Of a DNA stretch of 64,000 nt, positions 25,324 to 36,806 are shown one piece after another. The translations under genes and the position numbers were made by a program. Source of the stretch: Fimicolochytrium jonesii (Eukaryota); assembly GCF_025526975.1 (NCBI RefSeq), contig NW_026515681.1, forward strand, positions 310,001 through 374,000, given 5' to 3'. Below the pieces are notes generated by a model that was not told the origin of the DNA, searched no databases, and was given only the letters and a program-made list of their open reading frames with translations. The number at the start of each line of letters is the position of its first letter. The first letter of the stretch is position 1.

Positions 25324-25837
25324 ATTCCGTTGGATTTGCGGATCTTCTTTTCGTGCTTTCTTACCTTTTTCGTTTCGAGCTTTTGTTCCGTTGGATGGTA
25401 GTTTCGTCCTCCGTGTTCCGGTGGTACTCTCGAGTTGTTCTGATATCTGTCTGATGTACTGAGATTTGAATCAAATTGGGTGTGTTCATTCCCAGAAATA
25501 TGTCGTATTGGAAGCTTCGTTTGTGCTGTGCGATGGATGATTGGAACGAACTTGGATCAAAAGTTGGAGAGTTGAAAGCGGCGCATGTCGTCGCCGAAAA
25601 CGTCCTTCCGGCGCGCGTGTGTTTGTGATGTGTGATGAGAGGGAAGAGTTGCGCGTCATGGAATTGTGCAAGAGCTTCCCTCTGAGCTTCCCCGGCTCAT
25701 TCCGCAACATCCCCTGGGAAAAACAACGCAAATCGCATTCAGATCGGCAGAGCACAGCAGGGAAGCGTAGTACTTGTTCCTCGTCAAGCAGCCGTCCCTC
25801 TCACCTTTCTCCGCCCTTACAACGCCCACAACAAGCC

Positions 25838-26513
25838 ATGGCCCTGCGCCGAATTCAAAAGGTATGCAAGCCCATCTTGCATGCACCACTTTCGTCGCTC
25901 TTATCGGAGACCCAGACTGACATAAAAGTCTCGTATCAGGAACTGGTAGACCTAGCCAAGAACCCGCCCCTAAACGCCTCCGCTCAGCCCGTGAGCGATG
26001 ACGATATCCTGCACTGGAAAGGCGCATTAACCGCTCCTGTAAAGCCAAATCGCGGACATCATCCTTCCTTCGCCCATGTGTGGAAAGCTAATCACCATAT
26101 CCCTTAATCAATAGGACACCAGCGCATATAAAGGCGGCACATTCCAGCTCACCATCGAGTTCCCACCAGACTACCCCTTCAAACCCCCATCCATCAAGTT
26201 CGCGACCAAGATCTACCACCCGAACGTCGACGACGACGGGACCATCTGTATCGGGTTACTAAAAACCGAGGTATGTGCTCCCCTCAACTCTCCTCACACT
26301 CCCCGTGTCTTAATGTAATTGTGGTCATTCCTTTAGGTGTGGAAACCATCAACCAAGATAGCCGACGTGCTGATAGCCCTCGTGGACCTTCTGCAAAACC
26401 CGGTGCCTGAGGACGCGCTGCAGTCGTCGATTGCGCAGGTGTATAATTCCGACCAGCCGGTGTTTGAGAAGACGGCAAGGGAGTGGGTTAAGAAGTATGC
26501 GAATTCGAAGTGA
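25838..26513 (+). CDS. Ubiquitin-conjugating enzyme E2 (Ubc4/UBE2L3-like), 4 exons
   Basis: [65 protein letters not shown]. Confidence 0.93.
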
Positions 26514-26868
26514 GGGGGGGGTTCGATGAGAAGGGAGGGGGGCGGGCGGGAATCGTGGCACCGAAGTGGTGAGAAGGAAGGAGGATACGGAGGCTAGCCT
26601 CGCATAGCATGCAACATTTCTGCGAGATGAGGTTCTGTCGGCGAGTAGCGAGACGGAAAGTAAGAGTAGGGGGTGCCACTCAGAGAACAGATGACGTAGG
26701 GTTCGAATTACGGGAATAAGTTAGGAGGGCGGCCGGTTTCTTGTCACCTTTCCATTTGTTTGAGATTAGGAGACGTGCTCTGAGGACGTATGTACATATG
26801 GGGTATTTTTGTGTGAAATATATAGTGCCGTAGTCGACGGTGTTGGTTTGAGATGACCTCCGCCATCA

Positions 26869-27415
26869 TCACCGCCTTGCAATATTTCTCAACTCGTCCT
26901 TCCCCATCCCTTTCAACCCAAACCCCTTCATCCTCCCCTCCTCGCCCTCCCCACCCCGCTCCAGCACATCCAACTGTGACGCCTTCTCCTTCATACTCTC
27001 CCTCAACCGCCCAATCTCCCCATCAATGTTCGTCTGGTCCTCCGTGAGGAGCGTGCTGACGGAGGAGGCGGGCAGTTTCATGAAAAGGCCTCCGGCGAAG
27101 AAGTAGGTTTTTTTGTCTGTTAGGGGGTTGTTAGTGGGAATGGATGATGAGATGGGAAATGGGAGGGGGGATGGGGACGTTACCGGGTTGTGAGGAAGAG
27201 GTTTTTTGGATGGAACGCAGGGCCATGCGGTTATCGTTTCGCCGCCGGTCGAGATCGACGACAAGCTGCTTTTTGATGAGGATGTCTTCGGCGAGGCGTT
27301 CAACTTCTGCTTGTTCTGGGGCGGGAGAGCTCGTCAGTTGGACTTCGACGGGGGGTTTCTCCAAAGACAGACGATGTATGTATAACTCACTTTGGAGGAA
27401 AGTTAGACTTGTCAT
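26869..27415 (-). CDS. PDRG1: PDRG1-like prefoldin-family protein, 3 exons
   Basis: EVERLAEDILIKKQLVVDLDRRRNDNRMALR..TYFFAGGLFMKLP..LLTEDQTNIDGEIGRLRESMKEK..MKGFGLKGM. Confidence 0.8.
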
Positions 27416-27626
27416 TGTGGCTTGCACGAAATGGGTAATGGGGACGATGACAGATGTCACATTTGAAGTCATTTGCTTACGCGCTCCATTAGCTAATGGG
27501 GAAGGCCCAGAGCGCAGCGGTTGCGGTTGCAGCTGTTTGGCTTGTCCCCACCCGGAAAAGGAAAAAAACAAAGAGAGAGAAGAGACGCAGGAACCCGCTT
27601 CCTTTCTTTCTTCCTTACTCGCAAAC

Positions 27627-29485
27627 ATGGCTACCGACTCAAAGTAAGTACTACACATACACTCACACACATACACTCACTCTGGCACACAGCTATCGCT
27701 GGGCATATGCGGAGCGGGGGGAGGTGGGAGTGAGGAGAAGACATATTCGGGCGAGAATTTGCTGTGGAATGGAGGAGCTACGAGCCGACTTGTCGGAGCC
27801 GGTGGAATTGCTGGGAATGGGTGATCTTGGCAAGGGACGGCGCTGGCGAAAATGCTGCCCTGGTCCATGGAAAGAGGCGGGGGGACCACTGCTTCCAGGA
27901 AGGCTGGGGAGCCAGGCGCAGCACGATTAGAATTGAATTGCCAATGCTGATCTCCGCAATTTTCTTTCTCTCAACAGCGCGCCCGCTGCCGATGGTGCTT
28001 TTACCGATGTTCCCGAAGGGGATATCGAGGTAGGGCTTCCCAAGTTCACAATTGTGGGACGACGTTCTCTGCACAGTAGCTCAGAGTGCTGACCGATTGT
28101 TTCTGTTGCCGATTTTCCCACGCCTACAGTCCAACTGGGACGAGGTCGTCGACAAGTTCGATGACATGAAGCTTCGTGAGGAGCTTCTCCGTGGTATCTA
28201 CGCCTACGGGTAAGTAGATACGACAGCAATCGTGTTGCACTCATGTGGAGAGGAGCTGACTTTCTTTGGGATTGAAATAGTTTCGAGCGTCCTTCCGCCA
28301 TTCAACAGCGCGCCATCCTCCCTGTCATCAAGGGTCACGATGTGATTGCTCAGGCTCAATCTGGAACCGGAAAGACCGCAACCTTCTCCATCTCGGCCCT
28401 TCAGTCCATCGACGTGTCGAAGAAGGAGACTCAGGCTCTTATCCTCGCCCCCACCCGGGAGTTGGCCCAGCAGATCCAGAAGGTCGTCATCGCTCTCGGT
28501 GACTACATGGGCATTGAGTGCCACGCCTGCATTGGTGGTACCAACGTCCGTGACGACATGCGCAAGCTCGAGGAAGGAGCCCACGTCGTTGTCGGTACCC
28601 CCGGTCGTGTCTTTGACATGATCAACCGTCGCGCTCTCAAGGCCGAATCCATCAAGATGTTCATTCTTGATGAGGCCGATGAGATGTTGTCCCGCGGATT
28701 CACCGAACAGATCTACGAGGTCTTCCAGCTTCTGCCCCCGGCCACCCAGGTCGTCCTCCTTTCCGCCACGATGCCCGCTGAGGTTTTGGAAGTCACCAAG
28801 CGCTTCATGAGGGACCCCGTCCGTATCCTCGTCAAGAGGGATGAGCTGACCCTTGAAGGTCTCAAGCAGTTCTTCGTCGCCGTCGAGAAGGAGGAGTGGA
28901 AGCTCGACACCCTTTGCGACTTGTACGAGACTGTCACCATCACCCAGGCTGTCATTTTCTGCAACACCCGCAGGAAGGTCGACTGGCTTACCGAGAAGAT
29001 GCACGCCCGCGACTTCACTGTCTCCGCCATGGTATGTGCCCTTCTCTATATTATTCCCACCACCGCAAGGTCACTAACAGTTGGACGTTCCTAGCACGGA
29101 GACATGACCCAGCAAGAGCGTGACGTCATCATGAAGGAGTTCCGTTCCGGATCTTCCCGTGTCCTCATCACCACGGACCTGCTCGCCCGTGGTATCGATG
29201 TCCAGCAGGTTTCCCTGGTCATCAACTACGACCTGCCCTCCAACCGTGAAAACTACATCCACCGTATCGGTCGTTCCGGACGTTTCGGTCGTAAGGGAGT
29301 CGCCATCAACTTTGTTGCCGCTGAGGATGTCCGCATGTTGCGCGACATTGAGTCCTTCTACAACACCCAAGTTGAGGAGATGCCCATGAACATTGCTGAG
29401 CTGTAAGTTCTTGTCACCATATTTGAAGTTCGACCATACCGCGGAAGATGCTCATCATTCTCTTTCGATGTACAGCATCTCCTAG
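27627..29485 (+). CDS. TIF1: Translation initiation factor eIF4A (DEAD-box), multi-exon
   Basis: [51 protein letters not shown] and [13 protein letters not shown]. Confidence 0.98.
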
Positions 29486-30015
29486 ATGTGCCCAACCAGC
29501 ACAGGATCCCAGCCACCTCACCGTACGAACGATCCGTCCCTGCAAAGCCACTTCCTGTTCTTCCGTCAGGGAGGTTGGAGGCGGCAGTTCGCAGGGCAGA
29601 AATGCAAGCAGCTTCCCTTCCCTTCAGCGATTTCGAAAATCGTTGGGTTGTCAGTCGCATGTATTCTCTGCACAACAATCCCCATCCATCTGTTTTTCTC
29701 CGTTTTTATTGTTGCATTTATTTTCTCCTTCTCCCTTTGTAATTTCTCTGGTGTGGGGTTTCATTCCGCTGGTTGTATACTGAGGCCCTCTGTATATTCT
29801 GTAAACTGAATGTTGTTCCACATCATTATCCTTCTGAGCAATGCTGTATTGGAGTTGTGCAAGTGTCTGGGTTTGGGAAGTCATCCCGATACAGCAGGCA
29901 TGTGAGGACAGTTGATCGCGGCACATAAGTCGACGAGGGTGGGAAGGCAAATTCAGAGATCTCCAGACTGCTCAAGTGCATTTCAACAATTCTTGGCCGA
30001 CTGAAGACCAGATCC

Positions 30016-31781
30016 ATGGAAGGTAAGAATGTTCGTCCGCAGCATAGTTTGTCCTCATCGACTGGTCCCTCTGCAAACCCTGATCGCCTCCTCGTTCTAT
30101 CTTCCACCAGACCCACCGTCGAACGACGCCTTATCGGCGTTCCTGCAATGGTGCGCTTCCAAGGGCTTCACGCAGCACAAGCTGGTCGTCGCCGAGTTCG
30201 CGGAGACGGGGAGGGGCATGCGGGCCGTTGAGGATATTAATGCACGTCTGTCTTTTTTTGAGTCGTCCTATGTATGCATCCACCTTACCCTTATACTGCC
30301 ACAAACAGGCCGGTGACATCCTAATAGCAATCCCCGCAACACTTCTTCTCACCTCCACCACGCCCGACGTCCTCTCCGCCTGTCAACCCTACACTTCCGC
30401 CGCATCCCTATCGGAACACGCAGCACTAGCAGTGTTCCTCGCCGTCGAGCGCGCGAAGGGGGCGGCGAGTGCGTATAAGCCGTATGTGGATGTGCTGCCG
30501 GAGGCGTTTGGGAGCGTGCCGGCGGTGGGCGTGGGCCGGATGGGAGAGGGATGGGGTGCGTGGGTGCCGGAGGGGGTTAGAGGTATGTGTGGGATGTTTG
30601 GGGGTGGGTTGAGCGGTTCTTTTGGAGGGATGTGCGGCGTCGGGAGGATCAATGCCAATTAACCGGGTTCAGCTTCTCTACCCTGACAGATGCGACGCAG
30701 AGGATACGGAAGAAAGTGAGAGATGATTATGCGCTCGTCATGGGTCTATGTCTGCGATGTGTCGAGGATCATACCCGCGGCGACCCGCCAATACAATGCA
30801 CATCATGTCCGACGACGCCGGCAGCCCCTTACATCCCCTTCGCCGCCTTCCAATGGGCGTGGTTCGCCGTAAACACCCGCTGTGTCTCCCTCACAAGCCT
30901 CCCCGCCACACCCCAAAAACGGTCCACACCCAGCGCATCACCCGCGAAACCACTCACAACACACCTCTGGCCACCCCACCTCCGCGCTTGCAAAATCGCC
31001 CTTGCGCCCATGCTCGACTTTCTGAACCACGGTAAAGATGCTAAAGTCGAGGCTGGGTACTCCACCAATTCCTCGTCTTCGTCCTCCTCCTCCCCAGACT
31101 CCGAAGGCTACAAAATCCGCACCCTCGTCGCCTACCCCGCAAACACAGAAGTCTTCATATCCTACGGCGCGCATAGCAACGAGTTCCTGCTGGCGGAGTA
31201 CGGGTTTGCGATACCGGGCAACGAGTGTAACTTTTTGACGGTGGATGAGGGGGTGTGGGAGGTTGGCTTTGAGGGGGAGACGGGGGAGGGGAGGGAGAGG
31301 GCTAGGGCGGTTGTTGAGGGGGTTGGGTTGGGGAGGTATGGTTCTTACTTCCGTGTTCTGGTTTCATCGTTCTTGACTCCCTCATCGTTTGATTATTGAT
31401 CACAGAGAGCATACACTTCACCCCCACGGTGAACCCTCCCCTCGCCTCCTAGCCCTCCTCCGCATCCGCCTTCTCTTAGTAACAACGCCAAACCCACTTC
31501 CACCCTCTGCCATCGACGCCTGCTGGATGGAACTCGCGCCGGATCTTGAGCGGAGGGTGCGGAGGGCGGTGTGGGGAATTTGTGGGCGCGGGTTGGATGA
31601 TGCGAGGAGGTCTTTGGCGGGGTTGGATGGACAAGGAGAGGAGGTGGGTGCAGGGGATTTGGGGGATTTGTCGGAGGAGTTGAGGGAGTTGGTGCGGTTG
31701 GTGTGGACGGACGCTGTGGGGATTTTCGAGAGGACTATGGAGTGGGTGAGGGAGGAGGATAGGGCTGCTGGTGTACATTGA
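30016..31781 (+). CDS. SET-domain lysine methyltransferase (SETD4/Rkm2-like), multi-exon
   Basis: FAETGRGMRA, FQWAWFAVNTRC, LAPMLDFLNH, EVFISYGAHSNEFLLAEYGF. Confidence 0.88.
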
Positions 31782-32608
31782 ACCTGTAATTTATTGCCGG
31801 ACGGTGTTGAATGCACGTACAAACAGGAGCACATGAACATAGACTAGACGGATATTGGACTTTTCTAATCCGTGTCTTCCATGTGCACTTGTCCTCACAA
31901 ATCAAAGTGACGAGCCCTTGCCGCCAAGGAATCATTGCAGAAATGGATGCGAGTAGTATAGATCTGGAGCCTTTATACCGAGTATGTGCAGCTTACCGAG
32001 GCTTTTCAGCCACCATCCCAGAAACTGGGTAGGGGGTCTGAAAAGCGATGAAACCCAGCCAAGGAAGATCGAGTCAGCATGGACTTGTGTTGATGCTGAT
32101 AACAAAACAAATGGGGCGAGTTCGTCTGTACTTGGCCCAATTTGAGCCGTGATGTGAATAGAGCCGATAGAGCCAATATCACATGCCACTCATGGTCGAC
32201 TGAAACAGCTTCAGAATTTGCATACACATGCAGACGATTTTGTGGAGCGATTGCAAGGGGACCTAAAATGACAGGACAATGACAGTACAATGACAGTACA
32301 ATGACTGTAGATCCGTCACATTCATGACATAATCCCGAGAGAGCGACGGTATTGGGGCTGGTGAAGTGACTCGGGGATATATCTGTAGATCCTAGAGTTG
32401 CAGGGCAATACAAGGAAGTTCAAGAAGTCCACACCTTTCACACCCTTTTGTCCGACACCCTTTCTTCCGACGTAAGCGGCACTCCGACCTCGCTCGTGCT
32501 ACATACATACAGTATGGAACCAGCCCCGCTCGCTCGTTCAACCTCCCGACGCTTTCCATACGATCAGAACCCCCCTCATCACGCTTTTCCACCCGTGGCC
32601 GAAACGAA

Positions 32609-33509
32609 ATGCGTACCACCATTCTCGTCGCCGCAGCGGCGGCCACTGCGAGCCTGGCTACCGGCGCTTCCCTGAGCCTCAAAGAATACGCGACCGACAC
32701 CTGCACGTCCGCCGCCATCCTGGAGTCGGTGTATAACGAACGAGGTAGGCTCGGTCCTCTTGTTTGAAGACCACGATTGTTGTTTAGTGTTTCTTTAGCT
32801 AAACAACTGTCGATATCTCCTAACAGCGTGCATCTACTTCGGCGGACTCTATGCCAGAGCCTCTTGCGCGAATGGAACCCTCGCGCTGCAGAACTACGGT
32901 ACCGAGGCCAATTGTCTCAACCAGACAGCGCTCATCAACACCACCGCACAAGCTGTTGATACCTGTGTCGGAGGAACCAAGCTTTACTGTAACGCAAACA
33001 CGTTATCAACGCCGAACAAACCGCAGGCTCAAGAAGCGTGGAAGTTTTCGTTCGAAGCGTACTCCACTTTCGCAGATTGCGGAGCCGGCAATGTCGCAAA
33101 GGCAACGAGCACGGTCGCCCCAAAAAAAGTGAACTTTTGCTTCAACAGTACGCACGACGGACTGTCGACCTCAACGTTCTCCACGTGCGACTCGGCCCGC
33201 CAACAGATTTGGGAGTACAACAAACCCGGGTGCCCTGATGCGGACTTTGCGGGTATTTCCTCCTACCTGAACAACCAGTGCTTGGCGATGACAGCCAATA
33301 CGACTGCCGAGTCGGGAGTCTATCGCTGCTCGATTCCCGCCGCAGTTACGCTACCCGCCTTTCCTGGTTTGTCGGACTCGTCGGCTTCGTCTACTTCGTC
33401 TGCTTCACCTACTGCGTCTGCTTCGCCTGTCAGCGCCGCATCTGCCTTGCGCCCGTCCCTTGTGGCTCTGCTTTCCCTGGTGATTGTGTCTGCGGCTTCT
33501 CTCATATAG
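32609..33509 (+). CDS. Secreted Cys-rich, probably GPI-anchored protein, 2 exons
   Basis: Signal-like MRTTILVAAAAATASLATGA, Cys-rich body in frame after one intron, Ser/Ala-rich stalk and hydrophobic tail (SAASALRPSLVALLSLVIVSAASLI). Confidence 0.8.
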
Positions 33510-33947
33510 TGTAAACGACGCAGCACGAGTTCAGCGAGGGACCTATAAGGAAGGAATATAGGAACATTTTCAAAAAAGGTTGCAGTCAACAGTTCTCGAA
33601 AACCGTGTACACACTTGGCAGGCGGGAGGGATATGGATGTAAGCTCCTCGGGAAACTCTACAAACCCAGCAACCTCCTGAATTTGAAGGGCACAGATGTG
33701 CAGGAGGCAGGTGGTCCTTGCAAAATGCTTTCGATGTTCCCCCACTGCCCCCTGTCGGAACTGTCGGAAGGATTAAATGCTTTCCTCACGTGACAAGTTT
33801 AATCTTTCGCGAAGCATGTCATCAGCGCCTCCCTTATCGCACTTTCCAACCAAGGATCAAGAATTCTTGCACTTTCATCACAGTCCCTGCACTCACTAAT
33901 ACCGACTAGTCCCATCTCCAAACCCTTCGCTATTCATCTACCGTATC

Positions 33948-34826
33948 ATGTCCAGGCGAACGACCCTCTTTGTCGCCGGGTTTTCTCTCCGCACCCGCGC
34001 CAAGGAACTCGCGTATGAGTTCGAAAGGTAAACAATGCCCCCCCCCCCCCCCCCCCCTCCCCCCCCCGATCTCGTGAGAAACGAGCTGCCGCTAACGCTA
34101 CTCTACCCTGCTTAGATATGGGCGACTAGGCAAGTTTTGAGCCTCTGTGCTCTTCCTCCCGTAATCCGCGAGAAGTATGTCTAACCGATCTCTTTCGATT
34201 AGTCCGCTGTGATATTCCTGCAGCCAGAGGGTCCCAGGCTAAACCGTAAGTCCCATCTGCCTGATTGCGACCGATCGGGAACGCTCGAAAGTCTGATCCG
34301 CTCGGACTTCGCTTATTTCTTTATAGCTATGCTTTTGTCGAGTTTGAAGATCCCCGAGACGCTGAAGATGCTTACTATGAGATGCAAGGACGTCGAATCG
34401 AAGGTCACGCGTTGCACGTTCAGGTACGATCTTTACCAAGTCGAACATCTCCGAGACTCGATCGACTCACTGGTACTCCAACCGAAACAGTGGGCCAAGA
34501 ACACGCCTGGTCGAGGCTGGCGCTACGAGGATGGTGGACGCAGGTCGCGCTCTCGCTCTCCACCCCGTCGCCGGGCCCACCGCGACCGCTCTCGCTCCCC
34601 CAGGTCCCCGCGAAAGCCTAGGTCGCCTGTGAAGACGGATCGCGCTCGCACTGCGTCACCGGACGGCTTCGACGACAGGAAGGAGAACGGAGTCAAACGC
34701 GTCGATCCGGAAGTCAAGGAAGAGATCTCAAAGCGGTCCCCTAGCCCCATTGGAAATGGCGGCGCACGCAGTCCGTCTCCTCGTCCTGCTGATGACGATC
34801 GTAACGGGCGCTCGCCTACCCCCTGA
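33948..34826 (+). CDS. SR splicing factor (single RRM + RS/SP tail; fungal Srp1-like), 5 exons
   Basis: Spliced [59 protein letters not shown]..VQWAK, then RSRSRSPPRRR. Confidence 0.92.
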
Positions 34827-35074
34827 GCTCCTTGAGATTTTGTCTTGGGAAAAAAAGGATGTACAGGGAAGTCCGTTTGTGAGGGATAGGTTGGCATTTC
34901 GGAGATACTTCCATCAATATCCCGAAGAAATGGCCTGGACGTCGACGTTGCTGCTTTTGATGGCCTGACGGGTGTTTTTCTTTTCTTATGCTTTTTCTTC
35001 TTTAATGACACGCTCGCTCCGAGATTTTGTTACATAGCGGATTAGTGGCCTCGTTGAACGTCTTACTCCGCCAC

Positions 35075-35102
35075 GTCGGTCGGTCGGTCGGTCGGTCGGT
35101 CG
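35075..35102. repeat. (GTCG)7 microsatellite
   Basis: gtcggtcggtcggtcggtcggtcggtcg read directly. Confidence 0.9.
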
Positions 35103-36216
35103 TCATCGATTCTACGGTCCTGCGAACGACTACAATGTAGCGAACGATATCGTGCGATTTTTGTACCCCTTACCTACGTAAAAACGAAACAGCTTTACTT
35201 ATCCTTACGTCCGAGTGGTCGATATTTTTGCGATAACGGTCGATAGCTTGATTCGGATTGCGGACGTTTCTCCCGCCGAATGCCATCCCCAGGCCGGTCC
35301 AACTTGTCGCGCGAAAATCAGGTCGTAACCTTCGTGCATTCCCATCCGTCGCATCCCGTCTACCGGGCCGAAGCATCCTTTCCGCGTCATGACAGACGAG
35401 TTATCTGGTCAAGTTGACAATCAAGTCTTCTCTCTACCTCGAGGCCGTCAATCCGCCGCCCTTCGTTCGTCGACTGTAGCGCACGGTCCAGTCCTACAGT
35501 ACAAATGGCGCCCTAAACGATCCATTCCACGTCCAATCTCGTTTCGCCCGACCTCTTGACGATCATCGTTCGAATGTTACTTCAAAGCCATGTCCATGCC
35601 CTTATCGTGCAAGTTTCTTCATTTTCGGTCGCCAAAGCGACAGTACCCTCACTGGTCTACATCGTCAACGCATGAATCTGCATTTCATAACCCCACTTGC
35701 CCCCCACATCGGCTGCCGTCTACATCGATCAAGCCGCTCCCCCAGATGACCTACGTTTCCCTTGCTGCGTCTATATCACCTCACATCATTCGCCCGATTC
35801 CCGTGGAACTCTATGCACTTGTTAACGCCTAACATGGTTTCCGCACTTGTACGCCAAACGACTTGTCGATACTCATTTTTGTCAGAGTTTCAAACGGAAC
35901 CCGAGAGAGTTGGAAAGTCAAATCCCGTGGTAATCTGCTGAGCTATACCCACCGTTTTCACGTCGACTTTCTACCTTCCTACAGGAGCTTCCGGATTTCC
36001 TGTGCCGAACCCAGATGTTTAAGGACTGTATCTTCGGCGACAGTGGTTCTCCAAAGTACGCGCAGAAGAGCAGCCTTTTTAGCCACGCACACGCATAACG
36101 GAGCGGCATATTATCCATGGACGACTCGCCGCTGGAAATAAACGCAACTCGGTCAACAAACAAGATTTGGGCGTCGATATATCGGAACAATTCAAGACCG
36201 CGGCGAAGAACATCCG

Positions 36217-36296
36217 ATCAGTGCTCAGAGTAAGTTTCCCATTGTAATTCCATCATATCGATTTCAGAAGCAATTATTGTTCATCATCGCACTGGT
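36217..36296 (-). ncRNA. Box C/D snoRNA copy B (same scaffold, different guides)
   Basis: ACCAGTGC G ATGATGA(C) ACAATAATTGCTT CTGA(D') AATCGAT ATGATGG(C') AATTACAATGGGAAACTTACT CTGA(D) GCACTGAT. Confidence 0.85.
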
Positions 36297-36465
36297 TGGG
36301 GTAGTCCTGAGAGTAACGAAGCTTACTTACCGAAGCAACGCATAACGGAGTGGTATTTTATCCGTAGACGACGCGCCGCTGGAAATAAACGGAACTCGGT
36401 CAACAAAACAAGCATTTGGGTGTCGATATATCGGAACAATTCGAGATCGCGGCGAAGAACATCCG

Positions 36466-36545
36466 ACCAGTGCTCAGTAAGATAACGCATTGTTATTCCA
36501 TCATATCGATTTCGGAAGGTCTCTCTTGTTCATCACCGCACTGGT
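36466..36545 (-). ncRNA. Box C/D snoRNA copy A (D-guide consistent with the snR68 / LSU Am2640 site)
   Basis: ACCAGTGC G GTGATGA(C) ACAAGAGAGACCTT CCGA(D') AATCGAT ATGATGG(C') AATAACAATGCGTTATCTTA CTGA(D) GCACTGGT, with an 8-bp terminal stem. Guide TGCGTTATCTT is complementary to the recalled LSU segment AAGAUAACGCA. Confidence 0.88.
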
Positions 36546-36739
36546 TGGGGTCCCCTGAGAGCAAAGAAACTTACTTACCAGGCACACGCACGGCGGAGCG
36601 GAATATCTTCCATCGATATTTCCTTACTGGAAAATGGAACGGAATTTGGTCAACAACAGTCATCTGGGCCGTCGACACACCGACACGCTTTGATGTCGCG
36701 ATGTGAGAGAGACATCAATACAGCGGCAAAGAACATCCG

Positions 36740-36806
36740 ACCGATGCAGAACTCGTCGGTTTTCTCATCACATCATTTCGGGAAATATGCCCCCATCATC
36801 GCAGGT
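36740..36806 (-). pseudogene. Degenerate third box C/D copy (copy C)
   Basis: CCTGCG ATGATGG GGGCATATTTC CCGA AATGAT GTGATGA GAAAACCGACGAGTT CTGC lies in flanks homologous to copies A and B. Box D and the terminal stem are damaged. Confidence 0.55.

Noticed and set aside
27644..27977. Possible snoRNA in the long first intron of eIF4A
   Set aside because: One hairpin is visible, but no convincing C/D or H/ACA box pair.
32269..32312. Short tandem duplications (11-mer ATGACAGTACA here; 12-13-mers at about 2043, 43428, 43499 and 45249)
   Set aside because: Two to four copies each, consistent with ordinary slippage, with no shared motif.
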